A stretch of DNA of 64,000 nt from Terriglobia bacterium (GTDB lineage Bacteria > Acidobacteriota > Terriglobia > Acidiferrales > UBA7541), in contig JBGOZP010000009.1 in the NCBI GenBank assembly GCA_041480265.1, positions 20,952 through 84,951 of the forward strand, in the 5' to 3' direction. Positions 9,984 through 21,313 of this stretch are shown here, one piece after another. The notes under the pieces are model-generated. The model made no database searches. It saw only the letters and a program-made list of their open reading frames with translations, and had not been told where the DNA came from. A program made the translations under genes and the position numbers. The number at the start of each line of letters is the position of its first letter. Position 1 is the stretch's first letter.

Positions 9984-10024
9984 GCAAACCAAAAGCGCAC
10001 AGTCCCGCCTCAGCGGGACTGTGC
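9984..10024 (-). terminator. candidate intrinsic terminator of the nuclease gene
   Basis: On the minus strand, a 12-bp stem gcacagtcccgc/gcgggactgtgc (9997-10024) is followed by gcttttggttt. An adjacent perfect 17-bp hairpin lies at 9957-10000. Confidence 0.45.
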
Positions 10025-10056
10025 TACGAGGGCGGTCCATACACTCGAGCGCGGCT

Positions 10057-10815
10057 CTACCGCTTCTTCATGGCGGGGCATATCTCTTTGTACTCGCACC
10101 AGTCGCACAGGGGCGTCACGTGCGTGGCAAATGAGGTTGTTGATTCGATCCGCCGGATGAGGCCCAAAGTATTCCGCTTAATCGTTTCCAGTTGCTGCAT
10201 CGTCTTAGCAATCGAAATATCCTGGTCAAACGCCAGATAGTGCCAAATCAATGTGATGCGCGGGGTATCGGGCCAGCGGTGCCTCAGGGCCAGTTCATAC
10301 AGGGCGAGCTGCGTATCGCTGCCGGCTTGTGATGGGGTGGGGAATCGGCGTGAAGTTTTGTAGTCATGAATTTCGAGCGAGCCGTCTCCGGCTCTTGCCA
10401 GCCGGTCGACGATGCCTCGAAGTTCCTGGGTTTCAGAGAGCGGGTAAGCGAATTTTTGTTCCAGCTCCAACGTGGTGGACTCGGTAAACGGATAAAATCT
10501 CCGGTGGTACGTCCGCAACATTTGACGCCCATATTCCAGATACGTCCGGGCAGTGGTCCCCGACCTGACGATTCGCAGTTGAGGCGTGTAGCCCTCATCC
10601 CACTTCTGTTGAAAGAACGCGAGCGTTTCATCACACGAGAGAGTCTGCCCGTGCATGGCGTCCGCGTATAACTGTTCGAGCGCTCGATGGACGGAATCTC
10701 CAAGATGAAGCTCGATGCTTCGTATCAGGACAGGAATCTCGTCAAGATAACGGAATTTGTACTTTTGCGGGCACTGCTGGTAGGCCGTTAGCTTGCTGTG
10801 TGAAAAACTGGGCAA
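10057..10815 (-). CDS. PD-(D/E)XK nuclease, Cas4/AddB-like with Cys cluster
   Basis: SKLTAYQQCPQKYKFRY..., GIVDRL, LEIHDYKT, QLALY and C-terminal CDWCEYKEICP match the RecB-type nuclease motifs plus a 1+3 Cys arrangement. Confidence 0.75.
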   Translation of the reverse strand: MPSFSHSKLTAYQQCPQKYKFRYLDEIPVLIRSIELHLGDSVHRALEQLYADAMHGQTLSCDETLAFFQQKWDEGYTPQLRIVRSGTTARTYLEYGRQMLRTYHRRFYPFTESTTLELEQKFAYPLSETQELRGIVDRLARAGDGSLEIHDYKTSRRFPTPSQAGSDTQLALYELALRHRWPDTPRITLIWHYLAFDQDISIAKTMQQLETIKRNTLGLIRRIESTTSFATHVTPLCDWCEYKEICPAMKKR

Positions 10816-10875
10816 AGATTTGTGCTCCCTAAGACCGCGTGATTATTGGATGGATTGTCCGGCAGGTCAAGTGAG

Positions 10876-11898
10876 CTACGGTCTGGATGTGAACGCGATG
10901 AGGGCGTCGAGTTTCTTGCGGGCGGCGCCGGAATCGATGGATTCGGCGGCGAGATGCGCGCCTTCGAGAAAATCGGCGGCGCGTCCGGCGGCGACGAGCG
11001 CGGCGGCGGCGTTGGCTACCACGATGTCGCGGCGCGGGCCGGGCTCGCCGGCGAGGATCGCGCGAATCAGTCCCGCATTGTATGCGGCGTCGCCGCCGGA
11101 GATCGCGGAAATCGGCGCGCGCTTTAGGCCGAAATCTTCGGGCGTGACTTCGTAGAGCCGCACGATATCGTGGCGCACCTCGCCCACATTCGTTTCACCT
11201 GCCAGCGATATTTCATCCAAGCCTCCCGCGCCATGCACGACGAACGCGCGCTCGACACCGAGCTCGGCGAGCGCCAGAGCGATTTTTTCCACCCATTTGT
11301 CGGAAAAAACACCGATGACTTGGGCGCGCGCGCCGGCGGGATTGGTCAGAGGGCCGAGCAGATTGAACGCGGTGCGCCCCAGGCGCCGCCGCGCCGGCAT
11401 GGCGTGCCGCATCGCAGTGTGTAGGGCGGGAGCAAAGAGAAAACCGATGCCGATTTCCCTGATCGCCGCGCCAACGCGTTCCGGCGAAGCGTCGAGCGAA
11501 ATTCCCAGCGCCTCCAGCACATCGGCCGAACCGCACTTCGACGAGATCGAGCGATTGCCGTGCTTGGCGACGCGCACCCCCGCGCCCGCCGCGACAATGG
11601 CCGCGGCGGTCGAGATGTTGAACGTGCCCGAAGCATCCCCGCCAGTGCCTGCGGTGTCCACGAGCAGTTCATGGGGGCGCGTGGCATCGGAAAAAATCGG
11701 CGTAGCGTGGCGGCGCATGGCGCGGGCGAAGCCAACCAGTTCCTCGACCGTTTCGCCCTTTGCGCGCAGCGCAGCGAGCAGCGCTACGATCGAGTCTTCA
11801 TCCGCTCGCCCGGAAAGAATCTCCTCCATCGCGGTTTCGGCTTCCTGGAGCGAAAGATGCGTCCCGGCTTCCGCTTTCTCGATGAGCATTCGCATCAT
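10876..11898 (-). CDS. trpD: anthranilate phosphoribosyltransferase
   Basis: GTGGDASGTFNISTAAAIVAAGAGVRVAKHGNRSISSKCGSADVLEALG is the TrpD signature. Confidence 0.9.
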   Translation of the reverse strand: MMRMLIEKAEAGTHLSLQEAETAMEEILSGRADEDSIVALLAALRAKGETVEELVGFARAMRRHATPIFSDATRPHELLVDTAGTGGDASGTFNISTAAAIVAAGAGVRVAKHGNRSISSKCGSADVLEALGISLDASPERVGAAIREIGIGFLFAPALHTAMRHAMPARRRLGRTAFNLLGPLTNPAGARAQVIGVFSDKWVEKIALALAELGVERAFVVHGAGGLDEISLAGETNVGEVRHDIVRLYEVTPEDFGLKRAPISAISGGDAAYNAGLIRAILAGEPGPRRDIVVANAAAALVAAGRAADFLEGAHLAAESIDSGAARKKLDALIAFTSRP

Positions 11899-12078
11899 GA
11901 AGACACATCTCCGCGGTGTTGTTGGAGTCTCGCTGCGGGTCGCGGGAGCACGGCGCCGCTGTTCGTAAATGGTATCTTCCGCAAACTCACCAGGTTCCTT
12001 TCGCTTGCTCGACTCGAACGTTACCTATAAACTCTATAGTTTCGACTGCACGCAAATTCTAGCACTGATGGACGGACG

Positions 12079-13248
12079 ATGAAGATCCACGAATACCAGG
12101 CAAAGGAAATCTTCCGGCGATTCGGCGTGCCAACGCCGCGGGGCGAAATGGTCACGACGCCGGAGCAGGCGCGCGCTGTGGCAGAGCGGCTAGGGACAAA
12201 GGTCGTTGTTGTGAAGGCGCAAATCCATGCCGGAGGCCGCGGGAAGGCCGGAGGCGTAAAGCTGGCGAAATCGCCGGCCGAGGCCGCCGATCTGGCGAAG
12301 GCGATGCTGGGCATGAAGCTCGTGACGCCGCAGACCGGCCCCGGTGGACGCATCGTGCAGCGGCTGCTGATCGAGGAAGGGCTCGATATCAAACGCGAAC
12401 TTTACCTGAGCATCCTCGTGGATCGCGCGGTAGCCGCTCCGGTGATTATGGCGAGCACGGCGGGAGGAGTCGAGATCGAGGAAGTGGCGCACACGAACCC
12501 GGAATTGATTCTGCGCGAGACGATTTTTCCGGCGACCGGCTTGCAGCCCTACCATGCGCGCAAGCTGGCATTCGGCCTGGGCCTTTCGGGCGACGCGGCG
12601 AATGCCGCGGGGCCGTTTCTGCAGGGACTCTACCGCACATTTCTGGAAACCGACGCGTCGCTCGCGGAAATCAATCCGCTGATCGTGACCGGCGACGGGA
12701 AGCTGGTCGCGCTCGACGCGAAGATGACGTTTGACGACAACGCGCTTTACCGGCACAAGGATATCGCCGAGCTGCGCGATTTGAACGAGGAAGATCCACT
12801 CGAAGTCGAAGCGTCCAACTACAAACTGAACTACATCAAGCTCGACGGCACCGTCGGCTGCATGGTCAACGGCGCGGGCCTGGCCATGGGCACGATGGAC
12901 ATCATCAAGCTCTCGGGCGGCTCGCCGGCGAATTTCCTGGATGTCGGCGGCGGAGCTTCGGCCGAGCAGGTCAAGAACGCGTTCAAGATTCTGGTGAGCG
13001 ACGCGAACGTCAGAGGCGTGTTCATCAATATCTTCGGCGGCATCCTGCGGTGCGACGTGCTGGCCAGCGGCGTCGTGGCCGCGGCGAAGGAATTGAATAT
13101 CAAGATACCCGTCGTAGTGCGCATGGAAGGAACCAACGTGGAAAAAGGGCAGGAAATCCTGCGCCAGTCGGGCCTGGGTTTCACGATCGCGCAGGGAATG
13201 AAAGACGGAGCGGAGAAAATTGTGAAGCTGGCCGGGGGTGCGCGATGA
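12079..13248 (+). CDS. sucC: succinyl-CoA synthetase beta subunit
   Basis: [22 protein letters not shown]... ATP-grasp N-terminus; ATGA overlap with sucD. Confidence 0.95.
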   Translation: MKIHEYQAKEIFRRFGVPTPRGEMVTTPEQARAVAERLGTKVVVVKAQIHAGGRGKAGGVKLAKSPAEAADLAKAMLGMKLVTPQTGPGGRIVQRLLIEEGLDIKRELYLSILVDRAVAAPVIMASTAGGVEIEEVAHTNPELILRETIFPATGLQPYHARKLAFGLGLSGDAANAAGPFLQGLYRTFLETDASLAEINPLIVTGDGKLVALDAKMTFDDNALYRHKDIAELRDLNEEDPLEVEASNYKLNYIKLDGTVGCMVNGAGLAMGTMDIIKLSGGSPANFLDVGGGASAEQVKNAFKILVSDANVRGVFINIFGGILRCDVLASGVVAAAKELNIKIPVVVRMEGTNVEKGQEILRQSGLGFTIAQGMKDGAEKIVKLAGGAR

Positions 13249-14117
13249 GTGTGCTGGTTAATGAAAAAACGCGCGTCGTCGTCCAGGGCCTGACCGGGCG
13301 GGAAGGCAGCTTCCACGCGCAACAGATGATCGAGTATGGCACCAAAGTGGTCGCGGGCGTGACGCCGGGCAAGGGAGGCACGAAGCACATCGATGTGCCT
13401 GTCTTCAACACGGTGGCGGACGCGGTGCGCGAGACCGGGGCGGACGCATCCCTGATCTTCGTGCCGCCGCCATATGCCGCGGACGCTATTCTTGAATCGC
13501 TGGATGCCGCGGTGCCGCTGGTCATCTGCATCACCGAAGGCATTCCCACACTCGACATGGTGCGCGTGGCGGCCGTGCTCAAGTATTCGAATACGCGCCT
13601 GATCGGGCCAAACTGTCCGGGAATCATCTCGCCGGGAAAATGCAAGATCGGAATCATGCCGGGAGGGATTCACAAGCAGGGAAATGTCGGCGTGGTGAGT
13701 CGCAGCGGGACCCTGACGTACGAGGCGGTGGACCAACTCACGAAGCTCGGGATTGGCCAGTCCACGTGCATCGGGATCGGCGGCGATCCGATTATTGGCA
13801 CGACGTTCCTCGATGCCATCCGGCTCTTCAACGAAGACCCGGAGACGCACGCCATCGTGATGATCGGCGAAATCGGCGGCAACGCCGAGGAACAGGCCGC
13901 CGCGTACATCAAGGCCAACGTAAAAAAGCCGGTGGTGGGCTTGATCGCCGGGCAAACCGCGCCGCCGGGCCGCCGCATGGGCCACGCAGGCGCGATCATC
14001 AGCGGCGGAGCAGGCACCGCGGCCGAGAAGTACAAAGCCATGGCTGCGGCGGGAATTCACACCGTCCAGAGCCCCGCGGACATCGGGCTGACTTTGGCCG
14101 CTGCGATTAAGAAATAA
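13245..14117 (+). CDS. sucD: succinyl-CoA synthetase alpha subunit
   Basis: [24 protein letters not shown]...; GHAGAII phosphohistidine loop. Start at in-frame ATG 13245 within ORF 13050..14117. Confidence 0.95.
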   Translation: MSVLVNEKTRVVVQGLTGREGSFHAQQMIEYGTKVVAGVTPGKGGTKHIDVPVFNTVADAVRETGADASLIFVPPPYAADAILESLDAAVPLVICITEGIPTLDMVRVAAVLKYSNTRLIGPNCPGIISPGKCKIGIMPGGIHKQGNVGVVSRSGTLTYEAVDQLTKLGIGQSTCIGIGGDPIIGTTFLDAIRLFNEDPETHAIVMIGEIGGNAEEQAAAYIKANVKKPVVGLIAGQTAPPGRRMGHAGAIISGGAGTAAEKYKAMAAAGIHTVQSPADIGLTLAAAIKK

Positions 14118-14189
14118 GAGGCAAGGAAGCAGAAAGCACGAGTGGATTGAGTGCCCTGCTGACATATCATGACAACGGAGAACAATTGA

Positions 14190-14609
14190 ATGGCAATCGA
14201 ACGCACACTAGCTATCATTAAGCCGGACGCCGTAGGGCGCGGGCTGACGGGAGAAATCCTCTCCCGAATCCATAAGGCCGGATTTCAGATTGTCGCAATC
14301 AAGTCCATGCATCTCACCCGCAAGGAGGCCGAAGGCTTCTACGCGGTGCACCGCGAACGAGGTTTCTTCGGTGAGCTGACCGAGTTTATGAGTTCAGGCA
14401 AGGTGGTCGTGCTGGCGCTGGAAGCCGAAGGCGCGATTGCCAAATGGCGGGAAACCATGGGCGCTACCGACCCTGCCAAAGCCGCGCCGGGTACGATCCG
14501 TCGCGACCTCGGCGCCAGCATCGGGAACAATTGCACGCACGGTTCGGACGCTCCGGACACAGCCGCATTCGAACTTGGCTATTTTTTCGCCGGCTACGAG
14601 CTGCTGTAG
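14190..14609 (+). CDS. ndk: nucleoside diphosphate kinase
   Basis: [12 protein letters not shown]...NCTHGSD active-site histidine motif. Confidence 0.95.
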   Translation: MAIERTLAIIKPDAVGRGLTGEILSRIHKAGFQIVAIKSMHLTRKEAEGFYAVHRERGFFGELTEFMSSGKVVVLALEAEGAIAKWRETMGATDPAKAAPGTIRRDLGASIGNNCTHGSDAPDTAAFELGYFFAGYELL

Positions 14610-14744
14610 CGGATTCGTTCGAAACGAAATCCACTTTCATTCCGAGCTGGCAGTACTCTGCGGCTCGGAATGAATGGTTTAGATTTTTCTGCATTGTTCC
14701 CCAATAATTCAGCGCAGAACCCTCTTCCTGCTAAGATCGGTAGA

Positions 14745-14996
14745 ATGGACGCGATGGGACCTATGCGCGAACTCGGAAGAATGCTGGTCTTCGTGGGAGC
14801 GGCGCTTGCGGCAATTGGCGCTCTGGTGTGGCTGGCAGCGCGCCCGGGAGGTCTGCCGCTGCGGCTCGGACGCCTGCCCGGGGACATCGCGTACCAGGGC
14901 AAGCACGGATCGTTCTATTTTCCCGTGGTGACGTGTATTCTGCTGAGCGTGGCGCTCACGCTGGTCCTGTGGCTGGTGCAATGGCTAAAGAAATAA
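14745..14996 (+). CDS. DUF2905-like small membrane protein
   Basis: LGRLPGDIAYQGKHGSFYFPVVTCILLSVALTLVLW matches the DUF2905 pattern. Start ambiguous (ATG 14745 or 14763); the first ATG 14670 lies inside a hairpin. Confidence 0.6.
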   Translation: MDAMGPMRELGRMLVFVGAALAAIGALVWLAARPGGLPLRLGRLPGDIAYQGKHGSFYFPVVTCILLSVALTLVLWLVQWLKK

Positions 14997-16360
14997 CGCA
15001 ATTCGAACTAAACCTCGCGCCGGAACGAAAAATCTGGAGCGTGGCGGAACTGACGGCGCGGATCAGCAACGTCCTCGTCACGCAATTCTCGAATCTGTGG
15101 GTCGAAGGCGAAGTCTCGAACTGCCACGCGGCGCAATCCGGCCATCTTTACTTCACCCTCAAGGACGCGAAAGCGCAGGTGAAGTGCGTTTGCTTCCGCA
15201 GCCAGGCGATACGCTTGAAGTTTCGTCCCGAGGACGGACTGAAGCTGATCGTGCGCGGGTCCATCGGCGTGTACGAGCCGCGCGGCGAATATCAGATTTA
15301 TGTGGAGCACATCGAGCCGTCAGGAGTCGGCGCTCTACAACTTGCGTTCGAGCAGCTCAAGAAACGCCTCGAGGCCGAGGGCCTCTTCGACGAGGCGCGC
15401 AAGAAGCCGCTTCCCGTTCTGCCGCGGCGCATCGGGGTGGTGACGTCGCCCAGGGGCGCGGCCGTGCGGGACATCCTTCGCATCCTGCGCCGGCGATTTC
15501 CCAACCTGCACCTGATCGTGTATCCGGTGCGCGTGCAGGGCGATGGCGCGGCGGAAGACATCGTGACAGCGCTCAAATATTTCAATCGCAAACAACTGGT
15601 GGACGTGATCCTGCTGGCGCGCGGCGGGGGATCGATCGAGGACCTGTGGGCGTTTAACGAGGAGATCGTAGCGCGCGCGATTGCCGCCTGCACGATTCCG
15701 GTGGTAAGCGGCGTGGGGCACGAAGCCGATTTTACGATCGCGGACTTTGTGGCGGACGTGCGCGCGTCCACTCCGTCGGCGGCCGCGGAAATCGTCGTGC
15801 GGTCGCGGCAGGAATTCCAGCGCCACCTGCGGGAGCTGGAACACAAAATCTCGCAACAAATGCGTTACCGGCTGCTCGAGTGGCGGCATCGCTTGAAAGA
15901 ACTCGCGACGCACATAGGGTTCCGCCGGCTGGAAGAATTGTTGCGGCGGCACCGGCAGCAGACCGATGAGCTGGCGTCGCGGCTGGGCGTGGCGTTGCAG
16001 GGACGGATCGAAAGGTTGCGGCACCGCTATACGATTGCCGGGACGCGCATCGTGTCGTTTGACCTTCGCGCGAGAATCCGAACGTTTGGTGTGCGGCTTA
16101 TGCAGCGCTCCACGGAATTGGGCGTGAGGATGGAGCGCCTGCTGGTCGGCAAAATTCAACTGCTGGAGCGTCTGCAGCTGCAACTCGAGGAGCGCAGCCC
16201 ACTGCGCGTGCTCGAGCGCGGCTACGCCATTTGCACCGACGCCGATGGGAATGTGTTGCGCGCAGCCGATCAGGTGGCCATCGGCGCCGAAGTCAACGTG
16301 CAACTCGCGCGCGGGCGCCTGGGCGCGGAAGTCCGCCGCCGCGACATTCCGAAGCCGTAG
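14981..16360 (+). CDS. xseA: exodeoxyribonuclease VII large subunit
   Basis: MAKEITQFELN...WSVAELTARISNVL..LWVEGEVSN (OB fold) and a long coiled C-terminal region. Start at in-frame ATG 14981. Confidence 0.9.
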   Translation: MAKEITQFELNLAPERKIWSVAELTARISNVLVTQFSNLWVEGEVSNCHAAQSGHLYFTLKDAKAQVKCVCFRSQAIRLKFRPEDGLKLIVRGSIGVYEPRGEYQIYVEHIEPSGVGALQLAFEQLKKRLEAEGLFDEARKKPLPVLPRRIGVVTSPRGAAVRDILRILRRRFPNLHLIVYPVRVQGDGAAEDIVTALKYFNRKQLVDVILLARGGGSIEDLWAFNEEIVARAIAACTIPVVSGVGHEADFTIADFVADVRASTPSAAAEIVVRSRQEFQRHLRELEHKISQQMRYRLLEWRHRLKELATHIGFRRLEELLRRHRQQTDELASRLGVALQGRIERLRHRYTIAGTRIVSFDLRARIRTFGVRLMQRSTELGVRMERLLVGKIQLLERLQLQLEERSPLRVLERGYAICTDADGNVLRAADQVAIGAEVNVQLARGRLGAEVRRRDIPKP

Positions 16361-16394
16361 CTCCTCTTGGCTTGGTCTTCTCTTATATGAAAGG

Positions 16395-16472
<78 letters not shown>

Positions 16473-16491
16473 AACATCAGAGAGTGGCGGG

Positions 16492-18300
<1,809 letters not shown>

Positions 18301-18649
18301 CAGTCAGCCCGCCGCCGCACAACTTCTGGCGCCGGCGAAATGTCTCCTCTGCTGGGCGGCCTATTGGTGCACCGAATTGCGTGGCTGCCGCCCGCCAATA
18401 TCCTTCTTCCATTGCTCAACTAATCAGTGTGCCACAAGTGGCTTCGCCCCGAAAGGCGGGCGGTCTCAGCAAGTCGTGGGCGAGTTGGAAAAGAAACTTG
18501 CTTTGGGCCTGGAGTTAATCAATGAAAGCACAGCCCTGGGAACGGTTTGGCGCGCGAAGGCGGGACAGTATATAGTATTTTTTGGTCTTGGCACGTCCGG
18601 TCCGCATGTCTGCGGTTGCAAATTCACAGAGGATACCGCCCGAGCTCTC

Positions 18650-21205
18650 ATGAGCGTGGACATCACTAAACAGTTGGAACGCGCGAAGCGTTACATCGAG
18701 AAGAACCAGATCGCGGATGCGATTGAAGCCTACCAGTCCGTGCTTGCGGCGGTTCCAAACCATCCGGAGTCCGTGCAGGCGCTGGGCGATCTGTATACCC
18801 GCCAGAATCAACCGGAACGGGCGGCGACCTACTACGGGATACTGTTCGACCGGCTGACCGACACGCGCGAGGAGCCGAAAGCCCTGGCTCTGTACACACG
18901 CTTTCTGAAGCCGCATCCGCAGCCGCCCGAGCGCGTGGCCCGCTACGCGCTCCTGCTGCAAAAACAGAATCGCGCCGGGGAAGCCATTGAACAATTCATA
19001 TCCGCGGCGGCGGCATTCGAGACCGGCGGGAAAGGGGAAGAAGCGCTCGCGTGTTTCGTGCGCATCGCGCAACTGGATCCGGACAACCGCGAACGGCACG
19101 TTGCCGTGGCCGAACTCGCCGAGCGCCTGGGAAACGCAGCGGCGGCAGCCCGGGGATACTTGCGCGCGGGCCAGCTCACGGCGGACGATGATGCGGAGGC
19201 CCTCAGACTGTTTGCCCGTGCCTATGAGTTGCTGCCGAACGAACGCAGCGCAGCGCTGCTCTATGCGCAGGGCCTGCTTCGGAGCGGCGATGCGGCAAAG
19301 GCGGCGGCGCTGCTCACGCCTCTAGCGGAAACCGAATCGGACAAGACATTCCTGGAAACGTATGCCGAATCGTTGATGCGCTCCGGCCGGCTGGACGACG
19401 CGCGCGCGGTTCTGGAGCGCATGACGAATCAGGGAGAGGCTTCGGCTGAGAAGTTGTTCTCACTGGTGCATGAGTACATACGCGCCGGACAAGAGGAAGG
19501 CGCCGTAAACCTGCTGGGCACGATCAAGAAGAGCATGCTGGCGGCCCGGCGGGAATCCGAATTTGCATCGGCGGTGGATCAGTTGGCCGAGGCATACCCA
19601 AAATCGCTGCGGTTGACCGAATTCTGGTGCGCGATGTACGCCGAACTTAATCGGGAGACGAAATATTTCGATGCGCTGATCCGGCTGTTTGATCTGGATC
19701 TGGCGAACGATCAGCTGGCAGGGGCATGTGCAGCGCTCGAAAAACTCGTGGACATCGATCCATACGACTCCCGGAATCAGCAGCGCATGGACCAGCTTCA
19801 GGGCCGCGCGGACCCTGCATTTCTGAGCGGTGTGAAATCCAGGCTGCTGGGTACCGCGTCCCACGGGTCGCAAACGCCCGCACAGGACAGGACCCTCGGC
19901 GCCGGCGAAAAGTCATCGTCCGGTCCGCCCGATGACGCCCGCTCGACCCCGGCACTCGAGGATCTTCTCGTACAGGCGGAGATATTCGTTCAGTACTCGC
20001 TGCAGTCCAAAGCCGTTGAGCGGCTGGAAAGAATCGTGGAATTGTTCCCGGGGGAACCCGCGCGCAACGAGCGGTTGCGGAGTCTGTTCGAAGCGGCGCA
20101 CTGGTGGCCCCCGCAAGGGGCGAGCCAGCCCAAGCCCGAGAGTCGGGCAAGCGTGGCCGAGGAGCCTGCGAGTCGCAATGGCGCCTACGCGCCGGAAACT
20201 CTGCGCGACCTGGCCAAAATTTCCGAAATCAATCAAAACGTTTTCCGGCAGCCTTCACCTCGCGCCATGCTTTCCGCCGTCGTCAATGAAGTGGGGAGCT
20301 ATCTGCGCGCAACACGCTGTCTTGTCGTTGTCGGCGCTCCCGGGAAGCCGCCTCAAATGGCCTCGGAGTTTTGCGCGCCGGGCGTCGAGGCTTCCGCGGG
20401 GAGCAACATCGTGCGGCTGATCGGACAGATCGAACGAGCCGTGCCGGATGCCCTCGGAGGATTGCCGCTCGACACTGCCGCCTCACCTGCGCTGAAAGAA
20501 ATGGGCCTGGAGACGATTCTTGGAGTGCAGCTTACCGATCCGGAGACGCAAGCATCGGCGGGGATGCTGATCGCCGGCTTTGCCACGCCACACGTGTGGA
20601 AGCCAAATGAAACGTATTTTCTCCAGTCGATTGGGGACCAGATGCTGCTCTGCGTGCAGCATACGCGTCTCCGCTCTCTGGTGCGCACGCTGGCCGTAGC
20701 GGACGAGAAAACCGGGTTGCTCGCGCGCGGGTCCTATATCGATTGCCTGCTGCAGGAATCCCAGCGCGCGCGGAAACAGGGCGCGCCGCTGGCCCTGGCA
20801 TTGCTGCAAGTCGACGGCGGACCTGATCTGCTGCGCCAACAGGGCGAAGCGCCATTCGAACGCTATATGGAGCAGCTCGGGCGAGCCGTGCAAGCGGTCG
20901 TGCGCCAAACCGATCTCGCCGTGAAGTATACTTCCTGGGCGCTGGCTTTTATCCTGCCGGATACGCCGCTTGCAGGAGCGCATGTGCTGGCCGAGAAATT
21001 GAGGAAAGCGGCGGACGGTTTGCGGCCCCCCTGGGATGGCGCGCCAGTGACAATCAGCGCTGCCGTTGCGGAAGCGAGCGCCCAGCAGGATTTCGACAAC
21101 GAGGATATCGTCACGGATTTGATCAATCGCGCGGAAGCAGGCCTGGAAGAGGCGCGCAAACGCGGCGGCAACGAAATCGTTTCACTGGAGATGGCCAAGA
21201 GCTGA
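18650..21205 (+). CDS. TPR - GAF - degenerate GGDEF domain protein
   Basis: In-frame ATG 18650 (MSVDITKQLERAKRYIEKNQ). TPR N-terminal half and a GAF-like middle. The C-terminal GGDEF-fold region has RQTD then YTSWAL where GG(D/E)EF is expected. Confidence 0.7.
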   Translation: MSVDITKQLERAKRYIEKNQIADAIEAYQSVLAAVPNHPESVQALGDLYTRQNQPERAATYYGILFDRLTDTREEPKALALYTRFLKPHPQPPERVARYALLLQKQNRAGEAIEQFISAAAAFETGGKGEEALACFVRIAQLDPDNRERHVAVAELAERLGNAAAAARGYLRAGQLTADDDAEALRLFARAYELLPNERSAALLYAQGLLRSGDAAKAAALLTPLAETESDKTFLETYAESLMRSGRLDDARAVLERMTNQGEASAEKLFSLVHEYIRAGQEEGAVNLLGTIKKSMLAARRESEFASAVDQLAEAYPKSLRLTEFWCAMYAELNRETKYFDALIRLFDLDLANDQLAGACAALEKLVDIDPYDSRNQQRMDQLQGRADPAFLSGVKSRLLGTASHGSQTPAQDRTLGAGEKSSSGPPDDARSTPALEDLLVQAEIFVQYSLQSKAVERLERIVELFPGEPARNERLRSLFEAAHWWPPQGASQPKPESRASVAEEPASRNGAYAPETLRDLAKISEINQNVFRQPSPRAMLSAVVNEVGSYLRATRCLVVVGAPGKPPQMASEFCAPGVEASAGSNIVRLIGQIERAVPDALGGLPLDTAASPALKEMGLETILGVQLTDPETQASAGMLIAGFATPHVWKPNETYFLQSIGDQMLLCVQHTRLRSLVRTLAVADEKTGLLARGSYIDCLLQESQRARKQGAPLALALLQVDGGPDLLRQQGEAPFERYMEQLGRAVQAVVRQTDLAVKYTSWALAFILPDTPLAGAHVLAEKLRKAADGLRPPWDGAPVTISAAVAEASAQQDFDNEDIVTDLINRAEAGLEEARKRGGNEIVSLEMAKS

Positions 21206-21313
21206 AGATTTTGGCGGATTTCATGGTTCCGGGTGCCGCGAGCGTCGTTTGCGCCCGCGAGTTTCGGAAACTTGGCAAGCGAGATTCTTTTTCGGTGAGG
21301 AAGAGGCAAGCGT

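Noticed and set aside
9811-10134. A 107-aa ORF and other small ORFs (9684..10040, 9608..9817, 7560..7757) in the lower-G+C patch.
   Set aside because: They run through the MITE-like element and hairpins or through A/T-rich spacer. They have no RBS or motif support and overlap the nuclease gene end.
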